This document shows, in pieces, positions 25,281-38,335 of a stretch of DNA of 64,000 nt. Position 1 is the first letter of the stretch. Every line of letters starts with the position of its first letter. The position numbers and the translations under genes were made by a program. The DNA comes from Lama guanicoe (lineage: Eukaryota). Under the pieces are notes generated by a model that had not been told where the DNA came from, did not search any database, and worked only from the letters and a program-made list of their open reading frames with translations. The stretch covers positions 3,082,324 through 3,146,323 of the forward strand of contig MU053559.1 of assembly GCA_013239625.1 (NCBI GenBank). Reading direction: 5' to 3'.

Positions 25281-25714
25281 AATTCTCAAGATGAGAATGT
25301 TCTGTATGTATTTAAAATGAAAAAAAAATCACCTTTTTTATCTGATGTGTAATGTAAATATGAAGATTCAGGAAGCCCTGACTTGTAGTGATAGGAGATT
25401 TTGGACCAGTCTTTGAGCCACAGTTTCCATATTTCTAAAGCGATAGTATGTATTAGACCCATCACACAGAGTCACTGTGAGCATCTGAGGAGATATAAGT
25501 GGAAAGAAACTTTGTAAACTTCTGAGCGATGCTCAACTATTGGAAATGAGGGGACATTAAAGAATTTATATATTTGAAATATCTTCCTTTATTTCATCAT
25601 AAAAGAAATATATACTCAAGACAAAAATATGGAAAAGTTAAAAAAATGGAGGGCAGAAACAGTTATAGGATTTAAGTGGTTATTAGACGAAACGTGATAC
25701 CTCTCTGAGTTGGA

Positions 25715-26152
25715 TGATACAGTGGGTTGAATGGTGGCCCCTCAAAGGATATGTCTGAGTCGAAGCCCCGGATTCCTGTGAATGTGACCTTATTTGGAAA
25801 AGGGGTCTTTGCAGATATAGTTAAGTAAAGGCTCTTGAAATGAGATCATTTTGGATTAACTAGGTGGGTCCTAAATCCAAAGATAAGTGTCTTTATTAGA
25901 AGAGGAGAAACACAGTGGAAAAATGTCAGGGAATCCAGAGATTGGAGTGATGTGTCTACAAGCCAGCGAATGCCAGCAGCTACCAGAAGCTGCAAGAGGC
26001 AAGGAGTCTTCCTTAGAAGCTTCAGATGGAGCATGGCTCTACTGACAGCTTGATTTTAGACTTCTGGCTACCGGAAATGTGAGGGAATACCTTTCAGCTG
26101 CTGTAAGCCACCTAGTTTGTGGTAATTTGTTACTGCACCCTAGGAAACTGAC
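25715..26152 (+). mobile_element. MaLR LTR (MLT1C/D-like)
   Basis: gggttgaatggtggcccc...gtgaatgtgaccttatttggaaaaggggtctttgcagat...gtggtaatttgttac. Confidence 0.85.
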
Positions 26153-27094
26153 CGAGATGCTCACCATAAGGAAAGCCCTACAAATTTCATCATGCCAGAG
26201 AGTGAGCAGAGTGTTGGAAGACAAGGGTGTGTGGTTGGCAATTTACAATGCATGGCTTTTCTAATGAAAAAGTTTATGTTCTGCCTTTTTAAAGGAGAAT
26301 AGTCACTTTAAATGAACGAAAAGAAAACAGCATTAAAAACTATAATAAGGACAAGTTAGGAGAAGGTTGAGAAGAAAAGTAATCATAGCAAATAAAAAGA
26401 TTGAATCAGTTGAATGGCCTTATCTTGTATTAATGAAAGACTTTTGGCATAGAATTAAGTAGGTGAGCATTTCCTCTTTAAAGTAGAAGAGGGGAATAAA
26501 AGAAGAAAGAGATTAGGAATGCAAACAGTTAAGGGATAGAGGAAAAAAAACCCACCCAATTGATTCAGAATTTGTACCACCTTTGGCTCAGATGTTGTCT
26601 TTTTTTTTTTTTGACATTACAGTTATGTTTAAACATATTAATAAAGAAATTGATTCTTATCAAGTAAAGTTGGAAAAAAAATTCACTGTTTAATTTGGGT
26701 GAGTCCAAGCAAACGAAGTCCTTGGCTGTTTGAGCAACCTTAATGTACCTGGCACCTACAGCTCGACCAGTTGAAACCCAGATTTATAACATGGATTTGC
26801 CTTGTTCTGAGACTGATCTGTTGGCCAGAAGAATATTTAAAAGAAGTCCTGCCCAAGGCAGTAATCACCTTAATTTAAAATCTACCTGGTTCCTATTTAG
26901 TTCATTCCTAGCCCCCTTAATTTCTTCTTTTCTATTCACTTGGTACATTTTTCCAATTGTTTTGTTGTTAAAAAGAATAATAAGCACCAATTACCTCGGC
27001 ACTTATGTTTTCATAGGTATCATTTGATTTTCATGATAATCTTGTGAGATACCGATGCCATCCGTAGTTTATACACAAGGAAACCAAGGAACAG

Positions 27095-27245
27095 TGATAT
27101 TGGAAGTACAGTGTGGTTAAGTGGGAGTCACATGGACTTGGATTCGATTCTGGCTCCAGGTTCAGAAATAAGCTGTGTGACTGTGGACAGATAAGTGACA
27201 TAACCTCCCTGAGTCTCAGTGTTCTCATGTGTAAAATGGGATAAC
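27095..27245 (+). mobile_element. MIR fragment
   Basis: MIR core gctgtgtgactgtggacag...ctgagtctcagtgttctcatgtgtaaaatgggataa. Confidence 0.7.
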
Positions 27246-27269
27246 ACTCCATTTTCTTGTGTTCTAAGG

Positions 27270-27415
27270 AGCCCTTTATTTTCACTTCTTATTTTAATGT
27301 TCAAAAGTGAAGTGTATCTTATAGCTGCTATGTCTTGTATTTTTCACCCCAGGAAGCTGTTATTAAATTGATGGTGTCTTACCATTGATAGCATTTGATA
27401 ATTAAGGGATTTAGT
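27270..27415. mobile_element. Small TcMar-type DNA element (MER104-like)
   Basis: Motifs gtgtatcttatag and gctgttattaaattgatggtgtctta, recalled from MER104. Confidence 0.45.
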
Positions 27416-30089
27416 ATTGCATACCCTCCAAGATTCTTATAAAAACCTGAAGATTATGTATGTAAGTGCTCGGAACAGAGTCAGAGCTCAAGAAATATTG
27501 ATTTTAATTTTTTTTAAAGTAACTTGGCCACAGGCTAGTAAGTTACTCATAAGTGACAAAGCCTGGATTTGAACCAAATTTGTAACTGTAGTCCCAGAGC
27601 TCCTTCTTTTCTAGGCCAAAATTCTAGCCCCAAATAGTGAGGGAACCAGTTCATTATCTTAGCTGTGAGTCATCCCCCATATCATGACCCAGACTCATTG
27701 ATGCTCATAACTCTGCCTGCTCTTCCTAACTCCTAATATCTTTCCCAGGCATACATTCCATTGAACCCATCGCCATTTTAAATCTGAAATTGTAATCCTT
27801 AAGTCACGGCACCCAGGACTTGCATAATTATTATTTGTTAAATTGAGTTGTCATGGTATCTTCTGGATATGGAGCTTTTAGGATAATAGGAACTAAGTGA
27901 AAGATGCAATAGACTAAAAGGCAAATAGAAAGCTCAACCTTAAAATTATTGAAATGAAGTTAAGCCTTTAGCCTATTCCCATGTCCCCTTTTTGTGTTTT
28001 CTCTTTCCCTCCCAGAGGGAATCATCATTGTACTTGTGCTTGGTGTTGATGTTCCCCTACTCGCTGAAAGTGACTCTGAGCTGGGGAGAGGAGGTTGGCC
28101 AAGAATCTCAACCACAAAGCTGGTGTAGTGGACATTTATTGTTATTATTGTTATTATTTGCCTGCCCAATGTCCAATCTTGTTTTCCTTTGGAGAAACCC
28201 CATTCTCCCTCCCAGTCCAGTGATTTGTTGGCAGTAGGATTCATCCTAGGGGTGATGGAGAAACCCAGAACCAGACAATCTGCACATGTTATCCCTTTGG
28301 CCACTATATTTGGTTCAGGGATGAGCAAAAAACTTACATTGTTTTGGCCTAATCTAGTTTGAGTTTTAACTTTCTAATACTTTCGATTGAAAGAGTCCAT
28401 CTTCACTAACATAATTGGAAATCAAGACCAATTGGTGACTGGGGACACCCCCAGTAGCTACAGGCCAACATCGGAACTAAACTCTTAACGAGGAGTTGAT
28501 GAGAATAGTTTTTCAAGGTCCTCTGACACCATTAAGGAAGAGGCTTCTTCTGATAGACTGACCCAGGTGTGAAATCAGCCAGGCAGGTATTTTTATTAGC
28601 AACGAGGTTATCATGGTACCACAAATCAATAACCTTTATTGAAACCACACAATTCCTTCTTCTTGAATCCAGTGTTTGTCAGCCCATCATTTGGACTTAA
28701 TTTAGCCTTTCTTTTCTGGGGAGGGAGGAGATACAGTGAAACCCCTGCTTTGGGAGGTATTTGGTAGGGTAGTGTAAGTAAATAAACTCATGGTCTGGTT
28801 TGTAAATGAACCTCCTGTGAATCTGATTGTCACAAGCCAGTCCAACTGGTAAGCTCAACCTTGGATGACTTACATTTGAATTTCGGAACCTGTACCTTTG
28901 AAAATCACATCCAAAACAGAAACAACTAGTGGCAAGTAAAAAACCACCTTAAAGTTTACCTAAAAACACCAAATTTAAAAATTACCAGTTTATTGTTTTC
29001 TTTTGAGGGAGGAATGGGGCTGGTGTTTGTGCTCTGAAATGTCTTTCACTTATCTTGGATGCACTGTGTGGGTAGTCAGTGGGGATTTGGGGCCTGATTG
29101 ATTTACCTGTTTTTCTCCCCCAAGACCTCAGCCACCAAACTTTGTGATCCTTTGTGTGGTTGCTGAAATATTAGCTATGAAAAGTAGCTATCACATCCCT
29201 AGGAAGATGTTCTAAGATCTTACTTGATACAGTGATTCAGTGTTTCAGAAAGTTTATATCCATGGCTGCCCTGATAATATGTGAGGTTTTAGAAAAAGAG
29301 GTGGAATGTTGAACGTCCAATTTATTTTATGGGAGAGCTTACTGCAGCATCTTCAAGATAAAGAATGTCATTTAGAGAATATTTCTCTTCATTAAGAAGA
29401 CTTGATATGCCTATGTAATTTGGAAATACTAAGCTATTAATAGACTTGCTAGGATTTTTGCTTATTAAGTATAACAAATCCTGAATATGTACTATGTACA
29501 TGGCATGGGTTAAGTAAATGTTCCTTTTTACACAACCTAAGTGCAAGATACTGTCAAAGTAATTTCATAATCATTTCATAAGCCAGATAAAGGCACTTAC
29601 CATAAAGGTTGTAATGTTTTTTAAATGTCAGAGCGGTAACTGAACAATTATAAGAGGGCACATTTTGTTATTAATTTGTCACTCTTACTATGACATTAAC
29701 TTCCTTCCTCCAAATTGCTCGTTTGACATTTTTCCAATCCAGAATGTGAAGAGCTTCACAATGGACATTGCCTTATTTCTTCTTCTTCTTTTTTTCCCCA
29801 CAGTATTTTCACAATCTTTTAAAGAAACCATGCAAATGAAGCACAAATACCTTCTTGTCATAAAAAATTTCCAAGTGATAAAAAAAGCCCATGTCCCCTT
29901 TTATTCCTACCCAATCTTACTCTCCTGTCCAGAAGTTACACTGTTAACTCTTTAGCGTACCTACTTCCAGTCCCTCTCTATGCATTTATGAAAATATACA
30001 GGCATATATCAGTGTCTGGTTTTATTTTGGGTGTTTGTGTTTATAAATTGTATTATAATGTACATATTGCTTTGCAACTTGCCTTTTTC

Positions 30090-30533
30090 TTTTTTTTTTA
30101 GTTTTTCGTTTTTTTCCTTTCTCAGTTTTATTAGGTAGAATTATTACAGTGCACATACACATTATATTGCATGTAAATACATACATACAGTATACTGCAC
30201 ATTTTTTTTTAGTTAATGTGTGTGTATAGATCATTGTTTCTAAGAACAGATTAGAGCTTTAGCTTTTTAAACTTAATTAGTTATCAAAGGAATAAAGCCA
30301 ACCACGCAATAAGAATCAACAAAATGCAGTAACCCAATCATAAAGGACAGTCAAATGTGCTTACACATATTCAAGAAATCAGTCGTCTTAGTTATAAATA
30401 ATAAGTAGTTCATTTGTGTTCTTATTATTATTGCTATAATTTTTTAGATTCTTCATATAAATGATGTTATGCGGCATTTTTCTTTCTCTTTCCAGCCCAC
30501 ATCACTTAAAATGACAATCTTCAGGTCCATCCA
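30090..30533 (-). mobile_element. 5'-truncated L1 with a replaced (non-canonical) 3' terminus
   Basis: 16-bp TSD gcaacttgcctttttc at 30074-30089 and 30534-30549. L1 3' UTR at ~30400-30533. AATAAA on the minus strand (tttatt at ~30127) followed by a poly-A tail. Confidence 0.85.
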
Positions 30534-30633
30534 GCAACTTGCCTTTTTCATTTAATGGACTATGTTAGGGGTCTTTTCATATCAGTACACATGGATTTAT
30601 TCATACCATCATTCAATAAACGTCTATGGAACA

Positions 30634-31068
30634 CTGCTATGGGTTTTATTGTTGTTCAGCAAATACTCACTCCCCTTTCCCCAGCTCCTCGGGGGAGGAG
30701 TCCATTTCCCCGCCCTACGGATATAGAGCTTCCGCCTGTGACTTGCTTAGGTTGATGGAATGTGGATGTTGGAAGTGACCATGTGCCAGATCCCAGCAGA
30801 AGCTTTTAGAGGCATTTTGCAAGTTCTGCTAGCTTTCTTGAACCCCTGCCCTCTACTCGAAGAGTAGTATGTCCCCCATGTTCTTCAGTCTGGTCCCTGG
30901 CACGTGAAGATGCATGGAGCAGACCTGAACTCAACCCACGGCCGGGAACAGAGTTACTATAGTTGACTATAGAACCGTGAGCCATAAAGAAACATTTGTT
31001 GCTGTAAGCCGTTGAGCTTTTGGAATTTCTGTAACTAAGCACGATCACAGCAAAAGCTGACTGATACA
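30634..31068 (+). mobile_element. MaLR LTR (MLT1I/J-like)
   Basis: Terminal ttgttgctgtaagccgttgag...cagcaaaagctgactgataca. Confidence 0.7.
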
Positions 31069-31599
31069 AATACTTGCTATGTGCCAGGCATTGCTCTAGA
31101 TGCTAGGAAAACAACAAAAATCCCTGCCTACATGAAATTTACATGAAAAGCTGGCTCATATTCCATGGAATTGTTGAACCATGGTCAAGTATGGTCTCTT
31201 TTTCAGTCTTACAGTCCTTTTGTAGAAAGTGCCTTGCAGGCAATATCTGTGCATCCTCAATGCTTCTGGTACCTCCATCCCCACCTCTCCATCACTACTG
31301 CCACCTGGTCGGTTCTTCCCTCTTCACCTTTGACCTTGACTATGGGAGAACCCATTGGCTCTCCTCTAGGTTCTCCCCACGCTCAGATGTCCCATGTATT
31401 AGGACAGGTGCAGTTTCTAGCCATGATCTTGCCTCATGCAAAACTCAGTAAACTGCACTTTTCCCTTCTTTACAAAACACCAAGACTGGCCTTCAATGTC
31501 CATCACCTCTCAACTTTCCAACTTCATTCTTTCCTTAGTCCTGCACTCTCATGTTTTGCCAGAGCCGCCTGCTTACTGCCCAGGGCACACATCCTCTAG

Positions 31600-32059
31600 T
31601 GAATTTTGTGATTAGCTGGTCAGAATTTCCCCTGCAGGAATGAGGCAGTCACTCCCCCAGCTGCTGGGAGTGTTGGTGTGTGATGGCTTCCATGTGAATC
31701 CCTCTCTGGGGGTTGCTCTCAAATGAAGAGATCCACCTCACCCCAGGTTCACATTCCCTTCCCAGGGACAGCCTACATCCAATGACTGGTCAAAAGTGGC
31801 GGGGGGCGAGGGGGTGCTATAAAGACCCCTTCCCCTGTCTCAAGTCAAGGCCACTCTGAAAAGTCATTCCAGCTTCAGAACCATTCATGAGATTGGTGAA
31901 GGCCCTTTTTCGCGTGTGACTATATTGCAGCCCAACACTTTCCTTTGCCTGATCCTACTTCCTTGAGTCCTTCACAGGGTTGACCCCAAGGATACTTGCT
32001 AATACATTTTCTGAATGCTAAACTCCATCCCAGAGTCTGCTTCCTGGGGAAACTGACAT
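31600..32059 (+). mobile_element. ERVL LTR16-like solo LTR
   Basis: cccccagctgctgggagtgttgg...gctaaactccatcccagagtctgcttcctggggaa. Confidence 0.7.
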
Positions 32060-32503
32060 CAATCATACCTTGTATGTCCTTGGGCCTTTCCCGTACTTTG
32101 AAACCTTCAATCATGCTGTTCTCTCCACCCAGAACACCCGAGCTATAATCCTCACCTAGTTAAAATTCCACCCATACTTTATGACCTCCCCCGATCACCA
32201 CCTAGTCCATATAGTTTTTCCTGACTTTTTAACCCAGAAGCCCTTGCTCTCCCTTGGAAGCCCCAGCAGCAATGTTGTTTTCATACTTCTGTTGCGGTGC
32301 TGTGGGAGCTGACAAGTTGTAAGAAAAGAGCTTGGACTTTGAACTCAAGCAGGCTGGGACTCCTCTCCTTACTAGCCGTGTGACCACGGACGCCTCCGTT
32401 TTTCTCACCAATAAAATAAGAACAGAAAAAGACTAGCGCATAAAATTGTTGTTCGCATTACATGCAATAACACAGATAAAGTACCTGGGGGCAGAGGAGG
32501 TGT

Positions 32504-33075
32504 TGTTACGGAACACAGGTTAGTGTGCCTGAGGCACAGTGAGGCCAAACAAACCAAAATGTCAGAGTTTGGAGCAGAGAAAGGTGTATGGGAGGGCCGA
32601 GCAAGGAGGACAGGTGGCTCATGGTTGAAAAACCTGAACTCCCTGATAGTTTCCCGTCAGGGGAAAGGTTTTATAGACAAAATTTGGGGTGAGGCCAGCG
32701 GGATGTGTGACTTTCTTCTGATTGGTTGGTGGGGAGGTTACTGGGCGGTGCTCCAGGAATCTTGTGCTCAGCCTGAAGTTACCATCCTCCACCTGGGTGG
32801 AGCCATAGCTCCTGAGCAGAACTCAATGATATTGTTATGTATAGTACTGGAGAGGAACCAGGACCCTGCCCCAAGGCTGCACTATTGTTTCTTGACTGTT
32901 CCTCCCTTATTTCTGCATTCCCTCCCTTCCCTGATTAGAAACTACTTAAATCTGCCCTTTGGAACTCAGGGAAGGTCTAGGAAGCAGAATGAATCCCATT
33001 TCCTACAAGCAAGAAGTGGGGGACACAGAAAAGCTTTGTACCCTGGAGGACCCCACAGGGTCCTGCTTGGTTTCA
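32504..33075 (-). mobile_element. ERV1-class solo LTR
   Basis: TG...CA termini (tgttacgg ... ggtttca) with a 4-bp near-TSD gtgt/gtgc. Contains the reverse CCAAT ctgattggttgg. Confidence 0.75.
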
Positions 33076-33540
33076 GTGCCCAAGCAAGAGATCCTCTCAT
33101 GCCCTCCTTTCTTCTTCCCTTTATCATATCTTGTATCTTTACTGATTATGCCGGTGCTTTGTGTACTTGTCTCATCTGCCTCTGGGCTTGGTAGGGGCTG
33201 GAATGTGCCTTAGCCTATCTTTATAGTCACACAGGACTTAGTGCAAAGAGCTTAATAGCTGTTGTCTCATTTCTGGGCAAACAGTTCCAGTTTGTTTTCA
33301 GAACCAAGAATTTCCATGTTATATCCCATAATCCATAAATTTATCACACAAATAAGGGAGTCCAGAATGTCTGTTGATGGGTTCTCCAGAGGAACTGTAG
33401 CTGCAGAGAGTTCTAACAGCCTTTTGGCTGGCCCTGTCTCTCCCTGCAAGCACCAACTGAAAAGGAAAGATGCCCTTAGAGAGTCTGGACTCAGATAAGA
33501 GCTAAGGAATTTCAAGGCAAACCATACACATCAGTGGTCC

Positions 33541-34067
33541 TGTTATTGCCAGAGAATAGGTTTTTGCCTTGTGCAGGAAAAGATTCAAGAGTGAGGCATG
33601 ATAAAGTAAAAGCAAGTTTATTTAGAGAGATACATACTCCATAGAGTGCAGTCCAACTGAAAAGGAGAGAGAGAGCACCGAGAGGTGTGGGGGTGTTTAG
33701 TTTGAAAAAAAAGTAGATACATACTCCGTAGACAGAGTGCGGGCCATCTCAGAAGGCAAGAGAGAGAGCGACCACGAGGTCTGGAGTTAGTTTTTATGGG
33801 CTTGGTAATTTCATATGCTACGGAGTAGGACGATTGTTCCAGCTATGTTGGGGAGGGACGGGGATTCCCAGAAATTGGGCCCTGCCCACTTTTTGACTTT
33901 TTATGGTCAACCTGTGAAATGTCATGGCGCCTGTAGGTGTGCCATGAGGCTCAAGGTCTACTGGAAGTCAAATCTTCCACCATCTTTTTTCTAACCAGTT
34001 TGTCCTGTCCTCAGTTGCTGTGTCATTCCTTCAGTGGTTGTGCCCTGTCCCCTTCCCTCCTGTCTCA
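33541..34067 (-). mobile_element. ERV1-class solo LTR (MER4/MER41-group-like)
   Basis: tgttattg ... cctcctgtctca termini, reverse poly-A signal in gcaagtttatt, and an internal ~88-bp imperfect tandem duplication (agatacatactcc twice). Confidence 0.75.
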
Positions 34068-34224
34068 TTGTGACTAAAGTTTCTTTTAATCAAAAAGTTT
34101 ATGACCATAGTTGAGAATTCCAAAATAATCTTTAAGATTAGCTCCAGGGCAAGAAGTGACCAAGTTAACACAGCACTTAGCAACTGTTCAGAACATGTTT
34201 CTTGAATGAAGAAATGAATAGATG

Positions 34225-34840
34225 TGCTACCAGGAAGAGGGCAATAAAAGTTAACTCGGTTCTTTGTCATCTGAAAAAATGAATTTCTAACAGGAGACAG
34301 AAAGGGTGATATAAACAGAAGATTTTGTTAGTGAAGTAAAAAGGTGGTAAAATACAGTACCCCCCTGAGAATTGGGGGCAGGCTAATCCAAGAGAGGAAA
34401 GATGGCGCAGCTCCTTTGTTTTCCCTGTTCTTATATCCTGGCTTAGGGACATTTTTGTGATTGATTGAGTGATTCAGGCTCAGGTTCTTTGGGTGCTCAG
34501 GCTGATTGACAGCTCACATTCCTTGTGCTCAGGCACGCCCATCTCTTTTACGCATATTTCTACCCATGATGCACACAGAGAAATCTACGGGAGGGTGTCT
34601 CAAGCTGTAATGTTAATTACATTATAATGAGCATTGGGTCAAGTTAAGCAGGGTCCTTCTCTCTACCATGCAGCTGCAGCATTCGATTCCAACCAGCTTC
34701 TTCACTGGCCTTCATTTAGAGAAAGTAAACGTTTTTGGGGCCCCTTATCCTGAGTGAAGGCATACTGTTATTTTCTGGGTTGCTCCTTCCCCCCTTCCTC
34801 TCCCCTTGCCTGGTGCTCATTCCTCTCTAACTGCCTAACA
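34225..34840 (-). mobile_element. ERV1-class solo LTR
   Basis: tgctacc ... gcctaaca termini with a perfect 4-bp TSD gatg at 34221-34224 and 34841-34844. Confidence 0.78.
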
Positions 34841-35124
34841 GATGGATGGCTGTGGCTGGGCCATGGGTGAAGTTCTGTAGAAGGGATCTTGTCAGATGCC
34901 CTCAGGTCCCCTTCAGGGAAAACCGAAGGGCAGAGTGGGACTCCTCTCTGATGCAGCCACTCTTAGCCCTGGTCGCTGGGGTAAATGAAAGACTCTTGTG
35001 TCTGACAGCACTGTTTCTGACCGTGGACACATCTGGTGATAATGCTGTAGTGTTGGAAGTGAACTTTATTAAAAACCCCAGCCTAGCTTTAAGTCCAAGT
35101 TTCTTAATAGGCATTAATGGCCCG

Positions 35125-35570
35125 TGTCGCTGGTTGAGTTCCCTCCAGAAGCAGACTGAGGGTGGAGACTACAATTAGCGTGCAGGGTGTTTATTAAGGG
35201 AAGCCCTTGAGATCAACCCCTGTGGAAAGGAGGCAACAGAAGCAGGACAGGGCAGAGGGAAATGTCGAGCTGCAGCACAGGTTCAAGGACAGATTTGGCC
35301 AACCCTAGGGGGTTCTCTAGAGCTAGGTGGCCCTTCAAAGCTGTCCCATGTTGGGCTAAGATGATCAGGCATTTATACCCCTGCCTCAATCAGTCACTGT
35401 ATGTGGGTTGTTCCCAGAGTGGTGTGATTTTGGGTGAGGTGGTTCTCTGTAGCTGAGCAGACCCTGAGGGGCTGAGAGGGCTAGAGTCTGTTCCCTGCAC
35501 TGGCACAGCTGGGGTATCAAGTCCTTCTTTGGGCGGGGGGGCTTGGAGGTGTAGCTCCATGTTCACAGCT
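35125..35570 (-). mobile_element. ERVL LTR (LTR16/LTR33-like)
   Basis: ccagaagcagactgag...gtgtttatt...gggatcaacc-like motif, as in the other ERVL LTRs of this window. Confidence 0.65.
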
Positions 35571-36934
35571 CGTTATACCCTATCCCTGTCCCTGTCCCCC
35601 CACCTTCTGCCATCCTTGTCCCTTTACACCCCAGCAGCACTAAAGTGCTTGAGGGCACCATGCCTTTGTTCATGCTGCCTCTTTTCTTAGAATGTTCCTC
35701 CTCTCCTCTGTTGAGCTACCTTCCACTCATTCTTTTTAAAATTTTTTATTGAACGATAGTTGATTTACAATGTCGTGTTAGTTTCTGGATTAACCTCTGG
35801 GCATTTCCTCTAAGATGTTTTTCTGGACTCCTCAGAACCAGATAAGATGCTTTTCCATCGCGCTTGCAAAATATCTTGCACCTCAGGCTTCTTTCCCACG
35901 CTATTGTTGTGGGTCTGCTTGTGTTTCTGTCTCTCGTTCCAGATAGGGAGCCCCCGTTTATGTTCATTAAATGTATGATTGGGTAGAAGAATGATGGGGC
36001 TTGTTAACAGCACTGGTATGTGAGTGTGTAGTCCTGTTGGCTAAGAAATTACAAAGTAGGTCAGTTACAACGTCATGTTTGTTTATTCAGACTTTTACAC
36101 TTGCGATAAACATTCTCTGAAATCCTCTGAATCCTTTTTTCATTTGGCTGGCTGGCTGCTTTGCAAAATGAATACCGCCAGTGGTTCTTTGCTGAGCTGC
36201 TGTTTCCCAACCAGCAGGTTGGGACACTTTGATGGGTGGCGAAGATGTTCTTGAGGTGTCACAATTCCCTTGGTTTCCTCATTCTTTGATACCAATTTCT
36301 GATTGGCCGGGTGGGATGAGGGGTAATGTGGTAGACAGAGGAGGTGGGACAAGATGGGCAAATATGTGAACGTCTAGGGCTCGGATGTTTGGGGTGTGGG
36401 TGACTGCAGAGCTAGATCAGCAAAGCGCTGGATGGGATGGAGCAGGAGGTAGGAGGCAGCACACCCTGCCTTGTCTCTATATCCTGCTTTGCACAAGGTT
36501 GGTGACCATAAGGTTTCGAGTGATTGCAAATGATGTTACCACAGAAGCTTCCTGATGCAGAATCAGGTACCACTGCCAAGTCAAGATGAGCTGAGGATGG
36601 AAACTGAAGTGGAGCATGAACTGAGGGAAAATTTGCTCCATATATGTCTGTGTCAAGAATGCTCACATATTAGGACTCTTGTGGTTGCAAATGACAGAAA
36701 CTCACCCGGAACCACCTTAGGCAAAAAGGAGGATCTGTTGGCTCCTGTAGAAAACCCTGGTAAAGGCAGAGAAGCAGCCGTCTTCTGGGAGTACAGTGAT
36801 AGAGGCTAGTCCCCGACTAGGGTGGACAGTGCTGATTTCCCAGTGTCAGCTTTCTACTCTTAGACAGATATTTCCAGAAGACTGGACCGTGGATGCCAGC
36901 AGCTGCCAGCTTTCATCATCCCAGATTTCATTCC

Positions 36935-37620
36935 AATTCATAAAAGAAATATCCATGGGGCACCTATTACATGCCAGCCATTGTTCTGATGCTGGACTAG
37001 CAGGTGGAAGAAAGACAAGAATTTCTTATATTCTAGGGGAGGAAATTGAGACAGTAAAGAAAAGTAAAGAGGAACATTTTATAGTATATTTGAAAGTGAC
37101 CAGTGCTATGGAAGGAAAAATTCAAGCATAGAAGAGGGATAGGGACTGCTGGGGGAAGGGGTGGATGTGGCCATTTAAATAGAGCCGTCAGGGAAGGACT
37201 TATGAGGGAGATGACATTTGAGCAAGGATGTGGGGAAAAGGGGGTGAGTCATGCAGGTCACTGGAGTTGGAGAGAATGGCAAGTGCAGAGGACGTGAGGT
37301 GGGCATGTACCTGACGTGTGTGAGGAACATGAGCAAAGCCAGTGAGACTGAACTGGGGTGAGCAAGGGGAATGGTAGTGGGAGATGAGGCTGGGGAAGTA
37401 AGGCAGGTTACATGGGGCTTTGTGGGTCATAGTAAAGACTCTTAGAGTATGAGATGGGAAACCACTAGAGGGTTTTGCTAGGAAGGGTAACATTATCTGA
37501 TATGCCTTTGGCTCTGGCTTCTCTGTTGAGAATGAACCGTAGAGAGACAAGGGCAGAAGTAGGGAGACCAGTTGCCTACTGCAATAATCCAGGTGCAAAA
37601 TGATAGGGGCTTGGACCTGG
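36935..37620 (-). mobile_element. L2 fragment
   Basis: L2 motifs gagatgacatttgagcaagg, gggagaccagtt and tactgcaataatccagg. Confidence 0.75.
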
Positions 37621-37754
37621 TTTGCTCTTTGAGAAGAACTGCTCCAATTTAATGGGGAAATGAGGGCTGTGAAGTCATAAGGTGTCACATGGTCACAAGT
37701 ATGGCTGGTTGCCCCAGTGAGGGCACCTGGGAGGAGTAGATATAGTTTATTTTT

Positions 37755-37904
37755 TAAAAATGTTTTACAGAGATCTTTTTTTTTTTTTGGTGGGTAGGGA
37801 GTTAATTCTGTGTTATTTTTCTTTTTAATGAAGGTACTGGGTATTGAACCCAGGACCTCGTGCATGCTAAGCACACACTCTATCACTGAGCTATACCCTC
37901 CCCC
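37755..37904 (-). mobile_element. tRNA-derived SINE (vic-1-like)
   Basis: ggtactgggtattgaacccaggacctcgtgcatgctaagcac...actgagctataccctcccc. Both flanks share aggagtag...tagtttattttt. Confidence 0.88.
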
Positions 37905-38014
37905 AAGGAGTAGTTTATTTTAAATGTAGAAAGCTATTTCTAGAAGAAAGGAAACTGGGAGGCAGGCCACAATAACTGTCTACTTCAACCATTGTTTACT
38001 CAAGACTGCTTAAA

Positions 38015-38335
38015 TTTACTTACAAACCAGAAACAGACTCACAAACATAGAAAACAAACTATGATTATCAAAGGAGAAAGGAGGGGAGGAATAAATCAGG
38101 AGTCTGGGATTAACAGATAGATATACACTACTAGATATAAGATAGATAAACAACAAGGACCTACTGTGTAGCACAGGAAACTATATTCAATTTCTTGTAA
38201 TAACCTATAATGGAAAAGAATCTGAAAAAAAAATATATCTCTATATATATATCAGAATCATTTTGCTGTACACCTTACACTGTTAACACAACATTGTAAA
38301 TCAATTATACTTCAGTATAAAAGAATATCTAAAAA
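38015..38335 (+). mobile_element. 5'-truncated L1 3' end
   Basis: L1 3' UTR with a 13-bp TSD aagactgcttaaa at 38002-38014 and 38336-38348. Confidence 0.92.

Noticed and set aside
32523..33194. 223-aa ORF
   Set aside because: Lies almost wholly in the antisense strand of a solo LTR, starts at a non-ATG codon, and resembles no protein I know.
37200..37886. 228-aa ORF, the longest in the track
   Set aside because: Chance read-through of a SINE plus an L2 fragment.
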